Source of the DNA: Camelus ferus
Taxonomy: Eukaryota
DNA: 64,000 bases
Reading direction: 5' to 3'
Assembly (NCBI RefSeq): GCF_009834535.1
Contig: NC_045696.1
Coordinates: 103,666,001-103,730,000 of the forward strand
This document shows positions 25,075 to 39,856 of this stretch, in pieces. Below the pieces are notes generated by a model. The model worked only from the letters and a program-made list of their open reading frames with translations, made no database searches and was not told the origin of the DNA. Within the stretch, counting starts at the first letter, position 1. Each line of letters opens with the position of its first letter. The position numbers were made by a program, and so were the translations under genes.

Positions 25075-28000
25075 ACAAACAGACATGTTTGTGAACACTG
25101 ACAGCAGTTTTCTTTGTAATAGCCTCGAACTAAAAATAAGTCAAATATTCATCAATTGGTGAATGGGTAAACAAATTCCATACAAAGGAAGGCCATTCAT
25201 AAATAAAAAGAAATGAACTAGTTTCCTGTTCTAGGACAGGATGGAGTAGATGCATACCTCCCTCTTCTTCCCATTAAGTATAGCTAAATACCCTGGATAT
25301 TATACATAAAACAAACATAAGAAAACTGAAAGATGAAGAGAAAAAGGCAAGCCAACTAGAGATTGTGGGACCCAAAGAAAGATGCAGCAGTGAATTTTCT
25401 GGGCTTTCTTATGCTTTATATAGCCCAGACTGAGTGCTAGAGAAGGCACCAAACCAGAGACACCAATGGGCATAGAGAAAAGATGCCCTAAGAAAAGCTA
25501 GCTTTCTCTAGCTAAAGGACCAGGAACTGGGCCGCTTGCAAGATGGAAACCATTTTAAGACAATAATCACCTACTCCAATCAAACAGCATGAAAAACACT
25601 GTGGCTCCACCCTCACCCCCATCAACAAAGGCCAAAGGTTGAGGGGAGAGCCTAGACTTCTACTTTTGACAGGTTGTAACGAGCCCCTTCCTTCCACGGT
25701 GTCAGTAGGGAGCACATCGGGAGCCTGGACGTTCACGGCCGCTGAGGAACGATGAGGCACGCCTCTCCCTCCACGCTAGGGTGGTGTCAGAGAAGGCTGA
25801 GTGGGAAGGCAAGACTTTCCCACTTTCCAGGGTAACTAACTCCCCGCAACCAGGGTGTCAGTGGAGGACACAAGGAGCAATAATGAGGTACTCCTCTCCA
25901 TCCCAGCCAGAGTGGAAACAGGAAGGAACTGGGGACAGCCTGAACTACCACCCTCACTCAGTAGTAACAAGGAACTCCTCTCACTCTTCCCTCGAAGTAT
26001 CACTAGTGGTTGAGTCAGGGACCTGGACTTTTACCTCTAGACTGACAGTAATAAAAAAGGTCTCCTCTTCCCTCACCAGCAGTGTCAGAGGAGTCTGGCT
26101 AAAACAGAAGATTTAAAGATGATCCAAAGTCTCATAACATAATATCCAAAATGTCCAGGACAGACCTGAAAACCATTCACCATACAAAAAAACCAATTTC
26201 CAACTTAGATGAGAAAAGACAATCAGTATGTGACAACACTGAGATAGGATGGATGTTGGGCTTACCTGACAAAAATGTGAAAGCAGCCCATCATAAAAAT
26301 GACTCAATGAGCAATTATGAACATGTTTGAAATAAATGCAAAAATAAACAGTTTCATGCAAAAAAATAGTAAGTTTCACTAAAGAAATACAGACATAAGT
26401 AAGAACCAATGGAAATTTTATAACTTAAAACTACAATAACCAACAAAAAAATAATTCACTAGATGAGCTCAACAGTAGGATGGAGAGGACATAGGAAAGA
26501 ATCAGTGATCTTAAAGACAGAACAATAGAAACAACCCAATATAAACAACAGAACAGCATATTCCAACAATATGCTGGGGGTAAAAAGAGGGAGGCACAGA
26601 GCCTCAGGTACCTGTGGGAAAATAACAGATCTAACACTCATGCCACTGGAGTCACAAAAGGAGAGGAGAGAAGGCCAGCTGGGCTGATAAAGTATATCAA
26701 GAAAATAATGGCTGGAAATTTTCGTAATTTGGCAAAAGATATAAGAATATAGATTCAAGAAGCTGAGGCAACATTGAACAGGATAAACCCAAACAAATCT
26801 GTAGTCGAACTAAAACACTTAGAAAGCTAAAGACAATGAAAACAATCTTGAAAGCAGCTAGAGAGAAATATAGGAATACCTGCATAGGAAAAACACTTTG
26901 AATGACAGTTGCTTTCTCGTGGAGGCCAGAAGGAAATGGTCGATTTTTTCATGTGCTGAAAAAAAAGAACTGTCAACCAAGAATTCCATATTCAGTGAAA
27001 ATAACCTTCAGGAATGAAGAAAAATATCAAGACATTCTCAGATGAAGGAAAACTAAGAGAATTTATCACCAGTAAACCTACTCTCAAAAATATTCTCTAA
27101 ATATAAAGAGAGTGATAAAAGAATCTTGAAATGACAGAAGGAAAGAATATGGAGAACAAAAATATAAGTAAATACAATACAAAATACTTAAAATTCCCTT
27201 CTTTTTTTCTTTTCTAAATTGTGTTAGATGGCTGAAGGAAACACTGTAACACTATGTGAGTGGTTCTCACTGTATATACTGGACATACTTAAAACAATTA
27301 TATTACAAATGGTGGAGGGTAAAAGGATTAAAAGAAGGTAAGATTTCTACACTTTATTCTAAGTGGTATAACATCAACATCAGTAGATTACTTACTATAA
27401 ATGTACAATGTAATACCTAAAGCAATCACTAAAAAAAACTATACAAAGACATACACCATAGATTAAAAAAATACTACAGATAAATCAAAATGGAATTCTA
27501 AAAAATCTTCAATTAACTCATAGGAAAAAGAAACAGAGGGGACAGATATAGAGAAGAGAATAGAGGGGACAGAAAACACCGAAAAAAAAAAAGGGCAGAT
27601 TTAAGCCTAACATATCAATAATTATATTAAAAATAAATGGTATAAATTCACCAAATAAAAGAACCTGCCAAAGTGGATCTAAAAAAGTGACCCAACTATA
27701 TTCTATCTAGAAGAAGCTGCACACAATAATTAGATGGATCTGATTTTTAAAAAGCCAATCTCGAAAGGTTATGTACTATAAGATTCCATTTACATAACAT
27801 TCTTGAAATGACAAAATGGTAGATACAGAGAAAGATTAGAGTTGCCAAAGATTAGTGATGGTGGTGGCGAAAGACGTAGGTGTGACTATAAAGGGGTAGC
27901 AGAAGGGAGATCTCTATGGTGATAGAACAGTTATGTATCTTGACTGTGGTGGTGGTTACACAAACTTACACAAGTGATAAAAATGATACTTTGTACACTG

Positions 28001-28150
28001 TACAATGTCAATTTTCTGGTTTTTATATTGTATTATAGTTACACAAGATGGGACCATTGAGGGAAACTAAGTAGAGGGTACAAAGGACCTCTCTGCACTT
28101 TGCAGTTTCCTGTAAATCTCTGATTGTCTCAGAAATTTAAAAAAAAAAAA
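25075..28150 (+). mobile_element. Old LINE-1 complex (5'UTR monomers, ORF1 remnant, 3' end)
   Basis: GC-richer repeated gcctggact-like units at 25640-26050; ORF1-like atcttgaaagcagctagaga and caaccaagaattccatattcag; L1MB/MC-like 3' end at 27720-28150. Confidence 0.7.
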
Positions 28151-28891
28151 ATACCAGAGTTCAAATCTAGGTTCTACTTTCCTTGTATGAACTTGGGCTT
28201 ATTTAACCGATTTGTGCATCATTTAGTCATCTGTAAATGAGGACAACAGTTATCTACAAAATTATGGTAAGAAACAAACAAAATAATACCTAAAAAAGGA
28301 TGAACAACTGCTATACAATGTGGAATGGTCTCAAAAGCATTATGCTAAGTGGAAGACACAAAAGACTATATATTATATGAATCTGTTCATATGACATTTT
28401 GGAAAAGGATAAAACTATAGGGACAGAAATCAGTTCATGGCTGCCTAGAGCTAAGAATAGGGAGAGGGGACTGACTGAGTGATCCCTTTTCGTATAGCTT
28501 TGACTTCTGAAGTCATGCTGATATTCTGCATATTCAAAAATAAAAGTAAACCAACAAGGACAGGAGAAAATAACAATAAACTAAATGCAAACAAACCAAA
28601 TCAATCCACCTAACTATATTTCATAATACAACATAATGAAACTGAGCAGAGGATAGAGCAGAAGAAGGCAGACCAATCCAAATACTTTCATTATATGCTC
28701 TCAGTCGAGGGGGAAAAAAACTGCAAACAAATCTTAAATTGTTTTTAGTAGGTAAATCCAAACTGAGGAAGATTCAAAAATAACTGGCCTATATTCTTCA
28801 AAAATCTCAATACCATAAAAGACAAAGAAAAAGCTAACAACTATTACAGGTTAAGGCGATTAAAGAGACATGACAACTAAACATAATACAT

Positions 28892-29035
28892 GGGGGCGGA
28901 GGGTGTAGCTCAAGCGGTAGAGCACATGCTTGGCATGCCCAAGGTTCTGGGTTCAATCTCCGGCATCTCCTCTAAAAATAATTACATAAACTTAATTACC
29001 TCCCCCTGCCAAAAAAACAAACAAACAAACAAACA
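28892..29035 (+). mobile_element. tRNA-derived SINE (vic-1-like)
   Basis: ggagggtgtagctcaagcggtagag...ggttcaatctcc head, aattacctcccc motif, (AAAC)n tail; sits inside an old L1 3' region. Confidence 0.85.
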
Positions 29036-30206
29036 AATAACACATTATCTTGGACTATATCCTTTCTTGGAGAAAAAAAGAATGTCTTCAAGGACATTAC
29101 TGGGACAGTTGACAAAAGTGAAATATAGTAACTGTACATTAAAGTGTTGAAATATTAAAACTATAGATTATACTTTTATTGTAACAATGTTAAGTTTCCT
29201 GAATTTGATAATTGTACTAGAGTATATTTAAGTATTGTGTTCAAGAGACTATCCTTATTCTTAGGAAGTACACACTGATATATTAAGGGTCATGATACGT
29301 GTAACTTTCTTTAAAAGAGTTCAGAAAAGGTTAAGTAAGTAATATTAAACATAGTATTTTGTGTGTGTGTGTGTGTGCATAAGCACATAAGTATAAATAT
29401 ATACATTTATGAGAGAGATACCTCAAAGGAGCCGGGGTATTCATAATCTGGAGCAGCAACCGGAGAGTAATAATGAGGCTAGTCCTTAGTATACTGACTC
29501 CTACTCTAAGGTATATGGCTATGGTAGAATACACAGCCTCAGACTTAGAAGGCAGAAGAGGAAACTGTACTTCAGGGGATGTCCAGATATCAGTTAAGAA
29601 AAAGATAGAGAAAACATTCAGAAGTCAAGGATGTCCCAGTAGTTTGCTGATAACACAGAGGAAGGGTTTGGGTGGGAGGGAAAAGGCAGGGGATTGGGCT
29701 GGATCAGATTTCCCAAACAGTTAGAAGATTAGAATCTGGGTGATAAAAAACGAGAGCAAAAGAGGCAAAAGGGAATTCACAGTAGGTGAGAACCAATACT
29801 GGTAATCTCAAGGTGCACATTTAGTTTTAGCCCCAAGGTCCCTAATGCTGCTGTATCTGTTGTATGCATCAGTTTCTGGAGGCTCTCTACTAGGACTCCT
29901 TTCCAACTCCTTCCTGCCAGGTAGTTACACATGTTTGTGTGTGATCCTATAACAACACCCTACATCTATCATTTAACCCACATTAAATAAATATTGGTTG
30001 AATGAATTAATGACTCATCATATATAACCTGAGTAGACTAGATGCGAGAAAATAGATGGGAAATCAATTTAACAAAGGAATGGCATAGCAGAGTTCATTT
30101 CTGAAAAAAGTTTCTGAAGTATTTAAAATAGGAGTTGGCTTAACATTCAAAGACTACAAAATGGAGCATTATTTCTAGTTGATTTTGGTAAAAGAAATAT
30201 GCTTAC

Positions 30207-30283
30207 TGTACAACAAGCTGCTGGCACACAGTTCCATTTTCTGTTATCAGTTCATTCAGTTTTAATTCAAGGTGAACTTTACC
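30207..30283 (-). CDS. RASA2: RASA2 coding exon (~exon 5): GKVHLELKLNELITENGTVCQQLVVH
   Basis: 77 nt; acceptor CATTATAG|GGT, donor CA|GTAAGC. Confidence 0.96.
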
Positions 30284-32899
30284 CTATAATGACAAAAAAA
30301 ATTTATAAACTGAGAAGTCTATTTTATTGACAAAGTATTAATGAAAGGTATGCACTTTTTCAAATGGTAGCCATAATGTTCAGTTATCCACTAACTAAAT
30401 ATTAGTGATCCGTACGTAGCACATGCTTTTCCCACACTGAGTACTTGTTAAACAACTAATAATCAACAATGTAGACCAAAATCTGAAAGATAAGCAAATG
30501 TTCACATCAAACACAGATTCAAATCTAAGAATTTTATGCCCACTTCAACAAATATTTATCTCAATTATCATGGATTGAAAAGAAAGATAATAGTTATGTC
30601 TTAGGAAATTGTGAATTTAGCAAATTACAAGATGTAGACTATTTTTTCCAGAAAATATAAATCATCTATGAGTATACAGGTAGTATCGGTAAAAGACAGA
30701 GAAATCATACAATTCTAAAACAAGAAAACTAAAACTAAGTTAAAGCTAATAAGATTCAATTTGTCAACACTTACTTGTCTCAAATAATAAAGACTGATGG
30801 ACGATCTACTATATTTTAGGAGGCACTGTGGGAGTGCATAGGAATCCACAGATATCTAAGACACACTCACTGCTTATAAGAACTCAATCCAGTTGAGGAA
30901 ATAATAAATAAAAGGTAATATATGGCTAAGAGCACTGATGAAAAAAATGGGACACAGAAAATGAAAATAAAGGAGTATATTTTCTTAAATAGCTTTAACG
31001 AATGGATTTTTAAAACATTCAGTAGTATAAGTTTAAAGCAAATAAATTATCAACTTCCCAAGAAACAAAGGCTTGGGAACAATATAATCTAGAGCTTGAT
31101 ATTTCTACACTGACACTGGTGATGAGCAATTCTGAACTGGCTAAGAATCAGTGCTAGATTACCTCCACCCAATTGACAAGACAAATTCCCACACTACCAA
31201 CTGGAGATTTCAGGGGTGTGAAATCTAGGGACTAATGACACAAGTAATTCCATCAGAGGTAGGAAAGTTCATTATACAATCATTGTTACTCTTTGGAACA
31301 ACCCCTTTCAGACAGTCACAGAAATACAACCTGAATCAGCCTATTTTTAACGGGGATATTTTATACAAGAGTCATTCTGAGGTCCACTAACTACAAAGCT
31401 CAGGGTTAGACAGACGTGCAATAAATACTACTGGATCGCAACACGAAAGTCTGCATGAGAAAAGCTAAGCTCCAAAACACAAAGAGGGCATCACTGGTGG
31501 TAAAATTAGCAGCTAGGTGGAATTGGAACTAGATCGAGCAAATCTCCCATTAAAAATCTAGGCACAAATATTTATAAAATCATATACAATTTATAAAGTA
31601 AGTCTTTCATTAGTCCTGCATTTAATATTTACAATCCCTTACTATTCAAGAGTGACTCTGAGAAGGTCCATAATATGTAGTTATTTAAAATATTACTCAA
31701 CTAGAATCCTGAATCATACTTGCTGTCACACGAGCATGTGTGTCATGTGACTAGTGAGTGAGTCAAGACAACTGCACCAACATTTGCATCTCAAAACAGC
31801 TTTACTTTCAACATATGTGTATTTTATGGTAGAAACTGTGTACTACCGAGGTGCTCCCAGCTATTTCTCAGGAAATGTCTAGGATCTACTCTATTTTTAA
31901 AATAACAAAAACTGTTTAATAGGGCAGAAAAAGTATAATAACTTTATTCACAACTAAAAATCATAGCACTGCCTCAAGTCAAGCTTAGAAATAAAAAGAC
32001 ATTTAATGGGGTTCCACCAGGAATCATTATCACAGAGTCAGAGCCTACCTAATATGTTCATTACTCCCACTGGCTGTTAAACAGAACATTCCTTTGGTAT
32101 TAGTCAAAAATAGCATAATTATGTATTAACCTGGTCAAGAAAAGAGTGGGGACAGAACAAGCAAACACAAGACACACACTATTAGGGTGGAACATTAAAA
32201 TTAAAAAGCATTATGAGTTAAATTAAGGAAATTATTATTTATAAACAGTAAAACACTATCTCATTATATACTTTAATATGGAAATATGTACATGATACTC
32301 AATAAAAGAAAAGAATAGGGTGTACAATACAATGTTAATCTGTAAAAACAAAACATGATATACATACGTGTGTGTGTGTGTGTATATATATATATATTTC
32401 TATGTAAAATTACTACAAGGCCATCTACCAAAACACTGATAGAAGTTACCTTTGGTTGGTAGGATTTCAGATTTTGTCTTTCTGTTCATCTAGATTTTTA
32501 AAGGTTCTACTACCAATGTGTTTTACTTTCTAGTAAAGAAAAATGAACAAAAAGTTTTGAAAATTATTTGAAGCCACTTTTCAGTGTTAGAAATACAAAT
32601 TTGAAAATATTTTAGAAAAAGTATTTAGTATTCCTTATACATTCACACAAAAGTTCAGTCTTACTTACATCTGTCACCATTTTATTAATTTGGATTACAG
32701 CAAAACAAGTTTTTTTTGGGGGGGTGGTGGTGAGGAGGCGAGCACTTGAGTTCAGCAAAACAATTCCCAGTTTCCCTTGAAGCCAGGGATAGCGGCTAAG
32801 GATAGCCGTAAGATATAGTTCTGGCCAATGAGATGTAAACAGAAGTTGCTGGTGGAACATCCAAAGAAGCCTGTTGAAAGGAACTCCCTAACTTCAGCA

Positions 32900-34060
32900 G
32901 CAGCCTGAGAGGCTGAGAAGTATACTCAAAGCTTTCCACAATCTCATGCTGGGCATGATTAAAGTGGGAGTCTGGGTCCTACCAAGATAGAGTAGCTCTG
33001 GTAATACCTAGGCTTTCTATTGGAACTTTCAAAGGACTGAAGACTATGTGAGAATAGTAAGGATGAATAACATAGACCAGCCTTTACAAAGACTGAACCC
33101 AAGCCTGGAATCAGCCAAATTCCTCACTGGCTTAAGGTGATCTGCCTCCAGCCTAACCACATGCCAAACACAAAAGTAAATCTTTACTGGAGGAAGAAAA
33201 CAATATCATCCAGAACTTCAAATTATCTCTAAAATATTTCATATTTCAATGCCCAGCATTCCACCAAAAATTACGGAGCATGCCGTAACACCAAATCCCC
33301 TTCCCCTCCAGGAGAAACTGACAAAGAGCAGCAGATTTCTAGGAGACACAGATGTTGAAGTTAACTGACAACTGACAGAGGTTTTTTTTGTTTTTTGTTT
33401 TTTTGAGACAGAAAACAAAATTAAAAACCCAGCCAATCCTTGGAAACTATAAAATATGTCAAATAAAAAATTCAGAATTAAAGGAGGGAGGGTATAGCTC
33501 AAGTGGTAGTTTATGCTTAGCAAGCACAAGGTCCTGAGTTCAATCCCAAGTACCTCCTCTAAAAATAAATAAATCTAACTACTTCCTCCCCTCAAAATAA
33601 AAATAAATAAATAAATTAAATTAAAAAGAAAGGAGTTTAAAAAATTTAGAATTGAGCAATAAAATAACCAAAATGAGTGTGTATTTAACAGCCGATTAGC
33701 TACAGCTGAAAAGAGGACTAGTGAAATAGGAGACAGATTAGTCAGAGAGGGAAAGAGCGTAAGAGACACATGAGACATAGTAAAATGGTCTATTATTCAT
33801 GTAACTGAAGTTCTAGAAGAGAGGAGAAAGAAAGACCAGGGGAAAAAGATGAGGAGATAATTGCCTGGAATTTTCCTAAACTGAAAAAAGACATCAAGGC
33901 ATAGCAGTCAAGAGCCCCTAGGAACACCCAACTATGACAAATACAAAGAAAGCCACAAGTAGGCACAGCATAGTAAAACTGAAAACAGAAGATAAAGAGA
34001 AAATCTTAAAGGCAACTAGAGAAAAACAGACATTACTTGCCAAGAAGTAACTGTTAAGAC
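32900..34060 (+). mobile_element. Old LINE-1 ORF1 remnant
   Basis: agataaagagaaaatcttaaaggcaactagagaaaaa and ttttcctaaactg ORF1-like motifs; interrupted by a SINE. Confidence 0.6.
33483..33625 (+). mobile_element. tRNA-derived SINE (vic-1-like)
   Basis: gggtatagctcaagtggtag...gttcaatccc head and AT-rich tail; sits inside an old L1 ORF1 remnant. Confidence 0.85.
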
Positions 34061-34578
34061 ACTGACAAGGAACTATATTTGGCGATAAACATGCAAGGTG
34101 ATTTGGTCCACAACTGCTTTCTTATTTTCCAACCTCCTAAGGTAGGTTCAGGGACAAAACAGTGTACCTATTTTATATATGTCAGAAAAATAATGGAAAA
34201 TCAAATATCGGACATTATATTCTATAATTTAAAAATAAACCAAATTCTTGGAAGGTATTATTCTCTCTCTATTTCATATCATTAATGATATTAGGTTAAC
34301 ATATACAATTATATCACATTAATTTGTATTAGGCAGCATATTTAGGAACTTATATTTCTCTGGTACTGTCTGAAGGTTTATGTGCTAACTTGATTACGGT
34401 TACTTTTATGAAAATTTCACATAGAAAAGGCTGTAATTATTTTAACTTTATATTGTGTATATTCTTGGTACCATAAAGAAGGTATCATGTGAACTGATGC
34501 ATAAAATTTGAGAAATTCGGATGAACATAGGTATCTGGGCAAAACACAATGCACACACTTAAAAACCTCATGAGTCTA

Positions 34579-34891
34579 GATGACACAAATGAACTTACTT
34601 ACAAAACAGAAACAGACTCACAGACATAGAAAACAAACTTACAGTTATTGAAGGGGAAAGGGAAGGGAGGGATGGATAAATTAGGAGTCTGGGATTAGCA
34701 CATACAAACTTCTGCATACAAAATAGATAAACAACAAGGTCCTACTGTATAGCACAGGGAACTCTATTCAATACTTGTAATAACATAATGAAAAAGAATA
34801 TGAAAAAGAATATATACATATAACTGAATCACTATGCTGTACACCAGAATCAAATACAACATTGTAAATTAACTATACTTCAATTAAAAAA
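34579..34891 (+). mobile_element. LINE-1 3'UTR fragment (cetartiodactyl-type)
   Basis: acagactcacagacatagaaaacaaactt...ctgtatagcacagggaac...poly-A; TSD aaa(a/c)acc(t/c)catgagtcta at 34561-34578 and 34892-34909. Confidence 0.88.
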
Positions 34892-37434
34892 AAACACCCC
34901 ATGAGTCTAAACATCTTTTCACTTTTTAATCACAAAACATTAAATTTTAACAACCATCCCACATAAAAGAACTCAGTATATTTCAACTGGTAAAATTTTT
35001 TCTTCACATGAAGCACATTTCCAGATTTCTAACAGATGTTTTTATATATAGTAATTAACTCTGCGAATCATTTTGGACAGAACTGCCTAACAGTTGGAAA
35101 AATAAAAGTTTTACTTAATATCTGTTTATGGATGGATTTGTTTTCTCTTTAAAGAAGTACTTATTATGATCTAGAATGACGCATTCCTTTACTATTTCAT
35201 GTTTACAGATTTACAAATGAAGTTTTTTAAAATAAATCTGTAACAGTGAATTATACCTTTATACTCATTATGTCTTAATTGGGCATGTAAAAAAAAAACC
35301 TGATACATGCATTATTAGCTATCATCACTGCATTTTTAAATGCTTGTTTTAAATAAGTAGGACAGAGGCCATATTACCACCCCCCCAAATAAAATTCAAT
35401 GAAACCATCAACAACTTATGGCATGATCCAGAAATTCAAGATAAGCTTGCTTGGTAAAGACTTATTGACTAAGTAATTACATCAAAAGGATGTGACTGAG
35501 TGCATCTGGATTTACTGCTTGTACAAGTTGTGTGAGATAAACACCCTTAATTAATGAGAGCAACAATTTCTCCATATGAGAGATTAAGTTTAATCGTTTT
35601 ATGTAAAGGCATGCTCTTTAACATAGGACCTAAAAAAGAAAAATAAAGAAAGGAAATATATTTAAAGTTCGTTGATAGTTCCAGGACCAAATAGCTAAAA
35701 GCATGGCTGCAGATCACTTAAGGCAAAAGAGGATTTATAGGAAGGGGCACCAACACAACCCATATTAACTTCATTTACATGGAAAATAACATGGAGAAAG
35801 GACACTAAGTGAAGCAGGATGAATAACTAGGATCAGAAACTAAGGAAGTTCTTTAAAAAGGAGGGAGTGGTCAACAGTATCAAAAGCTGCTGGAAGATCA
35901 TTTAAGAGGAGGACAAAAAAAGGTCCTCTAGACTTAGTAACAGTGCCATGGGTAACATTAGTGAGAGCCATCTGTGTCCTTCCTCCAACCCACTGTGGGG
36001 TCTGAAGGCAGATTACAGTGGGTTGAGAAAAGAATAGTTCAAACCACAGGGAAACACTGCAAAACAAAAAAAGAAAAGAAAGTGTAGAAAAATGCACTCA
36101 CAAATATTAATATTGTCTTGAATGTTTGAAAAGAAAACTGAAAATGATTAACATTAACAGCAATAATAAAGGATCTGAGAAACAATTCAAGGTAAGTAGT
36201 TAGTGTTCTTAGCAGTTTTTGAGCTGTTTTGGTATAAAACCGATCTTACTACTGTGGGATCTTTTCATTTGAGGGTTAAATTAAGTTTCCACACGTTTCT
36301 TCCCTAAGAACTCCAGAGCTGAAGGGAATTCTATACATTGAAGTTCTCATGTAACAGTTGAAGATTCTCAGACAACAATAGTTTAACAACTCTTCTGGGT
36401 ACAAATGCCAAATAGAACTAGGAAATCAAACATTTTCCCCTCTGAAGTAGAGGTATCAGTCATTTCCTCTACCTAAACCCCTTGGTGTTAGGGGACATGC
36501 CTATACAAAGCCCCAAAACCTTACTCCTCAATCATAACAAATTACATTGCACTGGGCATCTGACTCAAGTTTGGCCAAATCTCTCTAAATTGTGGCAGAG
36601 AACTGAGTCAGATCTTAAGAGAGGGAGGAAGCTGTGTGGTCAAGTAGACTCAAAGATTGATGTGGCATTTTTTAGCTCTCAACAACAGACTAGAGCAGAT
36701 TTACAAAGAGAAGCAGAAGGGAGAGACATGCAGTCTCATCAGACATACAAAAAGAATATAGTGGAATCTCATCATTGATGCTTTTTCTTTCCCTTTCACT
36801 TTGCAAAGTGAATAGTTATTAAAATTAGATGGGAAACTAGAGAGAAACATTAACTATTCACTTCACAAAAGAAGAGGGAAAGGGAAAAAACACAAAACAG
36901 TGAGCTCATACACTCAATGAGCACATGAGTAGGGAGAAATGAATCGGTGGGTGTCAGTTCCCTTGTGCCGTCTGCACTATCTACTGCTGCACTGAGTGAA
37001 AGTCTATACTTTAAATATACAATATATGCTTTTCACTCACCATGGTGCCAAATGCACGCCAACTATTTTGTGCAGTGGTTAACCAAAAGCAAACCAACCA
37101 TCCAATATTTTAGTGTACTTTATGAAAAATCAGAGTCCTTTCAAAAATAATTTTGACTGTGTGAACTGTATCTAGTCTGTTATAATAGGAACCTGACCTT
37201 CAGTTAAGATGCAAACCCTCCATAAATGCATGACCACTTTCCAGCTCTCACTGGCCTTATTGAAGTTCCTGTAATTATACTCCAAGAAGTTCCCTCGGAA
37301 CTTTCTAATGTCCTTCCCTTTTTCTGTGAGCTAATTTGGTTATGCTTCTGTGCCTTATACTCAGGTGTTTCCTAAGTGATTCTTCTAATCACTATGTTGA
37401 AGCCTTTTTTTATGACCAACAGTACAAAACAGTA

Positions 37435-37680
37435 AAAGGCAGTAAGCACCGTGGTTAGGAGTTTCAGAATCAGACAAGCTCTCTAATGGAATCACGGCTC
37501 CACCAAATAGTTTTACGACCCTGCAGGTGTCATTTAACCTCTACGAATCCATTTTCTGCATCTGTAAAATGGAGGTAATGCTACCTACACCTCATAACAC
37601 TATTCTGAAGGTTAAGTGAGATAAGTATATTAAGTATTTAGTACTGTGCATGTTATATACTGTTACACTTACTAATAGTA
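37435..37680 (+). mobile_element. MIR SINE
   Basis: catttaacctct..catctgtaaaatggaggtaat..acctacacctcata..gttaagtgagata MIR core. Confidence 0.75.
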
Positions 37681-38019
37681 ATTATTAAATTTCTGCTGAA
37701 CTCAATCTGTCTCATAGCTTTCTTCTATAGCTCCATCAATTGCTCATATTTCCATATTTGTGTAAAATTTTATAAAATTTATGCAAGTGAACAAATTTAT
37801 TAACAACAGGATTTGGATGAACCATGGGCTGCTTTTCTATCTTTTTCAGATTCAAATTTTATTAATACAAAACTAATTTAGTATTCTTAATCAGTTTAGG
37901 GGCCAAACAACAATATTCTCAATGGTACGTAAAAGTGTTATGTACTCTTCTTCCTAAAATTTATTTTAAATAGTGAATAGATTTACAAATTAAGGATCAT
38001 TTAAGACAAAAGAGCTGTA

Positions 38020-38171
38020 GAGAGAAGGATATATATAGTTCAAGTGGTAGAGTGCATGCTTAGCATGCACATGGTCCAGGTTCAAACCCCAGTACCTCCT
38101 CTAAAAGTAAGTAAATAAATAAACTTAATTACCTCCCCTCCAAAAGAAAAAAAAAAACCTTAAAAAAAAAG
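38020..38171 (+). mobile_element. tRNA-derived SINE (vic-1-like)
   Basis: tRNA head and poly-A; perfect 15-bp TSD gacaaaagagctgta at 38005-38019 and 38172-38186. Confidence 0.9.
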
Positions 38172-39856
38172 GACAAAAGAGCTGTAAAGGTTAGTTACTC
38201 ATGGTCATGAAAATAACTCGTAGCAAATAAAAAATGTCATTGTACCTAACAGTAAAATGCTATTTATAGATTTTCATATCTCAGACATGACTTTTATGCA
38301 TACTATCAAAAAGCCTGTTACTCATGACTGATCTCTAATACCATTTCCAGTAACTATATAATGACTATTCTATAGCAATTTCTACCTTCAGAGAGCTGAG
38401 TCCCTTAAATCCTTTAGCAGATGACATTGGCCGTAAGAAAAAGAATGGACCCTGATAAACTGTATCTTGAAATGATCCTCATTTCATTTCAGGCCAAATT
38501 CTGAAAGCCTTTCCTTATCTTGCTTTTTTGTTCAAACTATTAAAAAAGAAAAACTAGCACTTAAAAACTTTCATGTCAGCCTTTTGGTAAAGGCATATGA
38601 GGGAAATGGGCACCTGACTGAATGGTGGTAAACAGATGTTTTACATCTGTATGTATTAACAGCTTTCAAAATACTCTTGAAGATATTTCACTTCATTCTC
38701 ACAACCATGTAAGTCAGCATGGCAACTTTCATTCCCATTTCACAGAAATAAAACTCAAGGGCAGTAAGATAACCACTTAGGAAAATTAGGACCTAAATTT
38801 TCTGACTTCTAGTTTAACATCCTTTCCACTTCATCACATTGCCTCTCACCTGGATCGTTAACCATACAGGATTAACTGGGACAGGAATACAGTTATCACC
38901 AAGTGGAAAGAAAAGAATACTAAAATGGAGTAGAGTGGAAAAAAGGGGAAAGTTTCAATTATATGTTGTACTTAAGAAGGGATCTTAGCAAACAAATATT
39001 TAATTTTTTTTGACAACTTAATCAAAGAGAATGCTTGAAAGGTTATGAGGAAATAGAGACACAGGCCCTTTATTTGCAAATATCTGTGGGTGTGCGTGCA
39101 GGACTTTTTTCTTGTCTTAAACTTCTGTTTGAGTCACAGTGGCAAATTATAACTTCCTTTAGAGAGGAAGAATCTGCTTGCAGTGATGCCCTCGGGAAAT
39201 GGTTTCACAATCCTTACCATGTTTTATAAATAAATAGGGTTACAAAAAAAGGATTCCTTTTAGATAGAAATAACAATTTCTAAGAGCAATTCAGATTTTT
39301 CAGAAAGAAAATAAAAAGTTAAACTACATGGTTAAACATACATCTTCACTCACACATAGAATCTTTCAGACCTCTTATTTTGGCAAGAGGAAAAAAGAGC
39401 TTTAAAAAGAGTAATGATATATCCTTTCAAATAAAAAAGAGAGGCGAACACCAGGAAGGGTGAGTACGGGAATGAAGGCTCTGCACGGATATCTAAGGAT
39501 TCTCCTCAAAGTCCCGAGTTATTAATAAAATACATCTTTTCCCTTAAAACTTTTTCCCTAAGAAAATTGTTAATTTGCTACTGTGACTCAAACAAAACTA
39601 AAGCACACCAAAAAAAGTGTCCTCTTTAGATAAGCCCCCAAACACACACATGTGCACATACACATGCATTCTTCTTGATTCCATGTGGCAAGGCATTTCC
39701 TTCCCGCTATGTTACCCGGAGGTCTATAATACTGAGTGCCAGAATTTAAAATAAGCTATGATAAGCTCTCTCTATATATGAATTAGTATAATTAGTTCAT
39801 TTTTTACTCATTCTGCGTGTGACAATCTCTTCTACCACTTAAGCCTTAATATTTAC

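Noticed and set aside
25640..26050. Regularly spaced gcctggact-like units as a CRISPR-like or novel array
   Set aside because: The units are degenerate and lie just upstream of an L1 ORF1 remnant, consistent with old L1 5'UTR monomers; the context is eukaryotic.
28892..28970. tRNA-like sequences (also at 5380, 33483, 38020, 49158, 60198, 62164) as tRNA genes
   Set aside because: All carry the shared SINE body or tail, most have TSDs, and they are degenerate; they are SINE heads, not tRNA genes.
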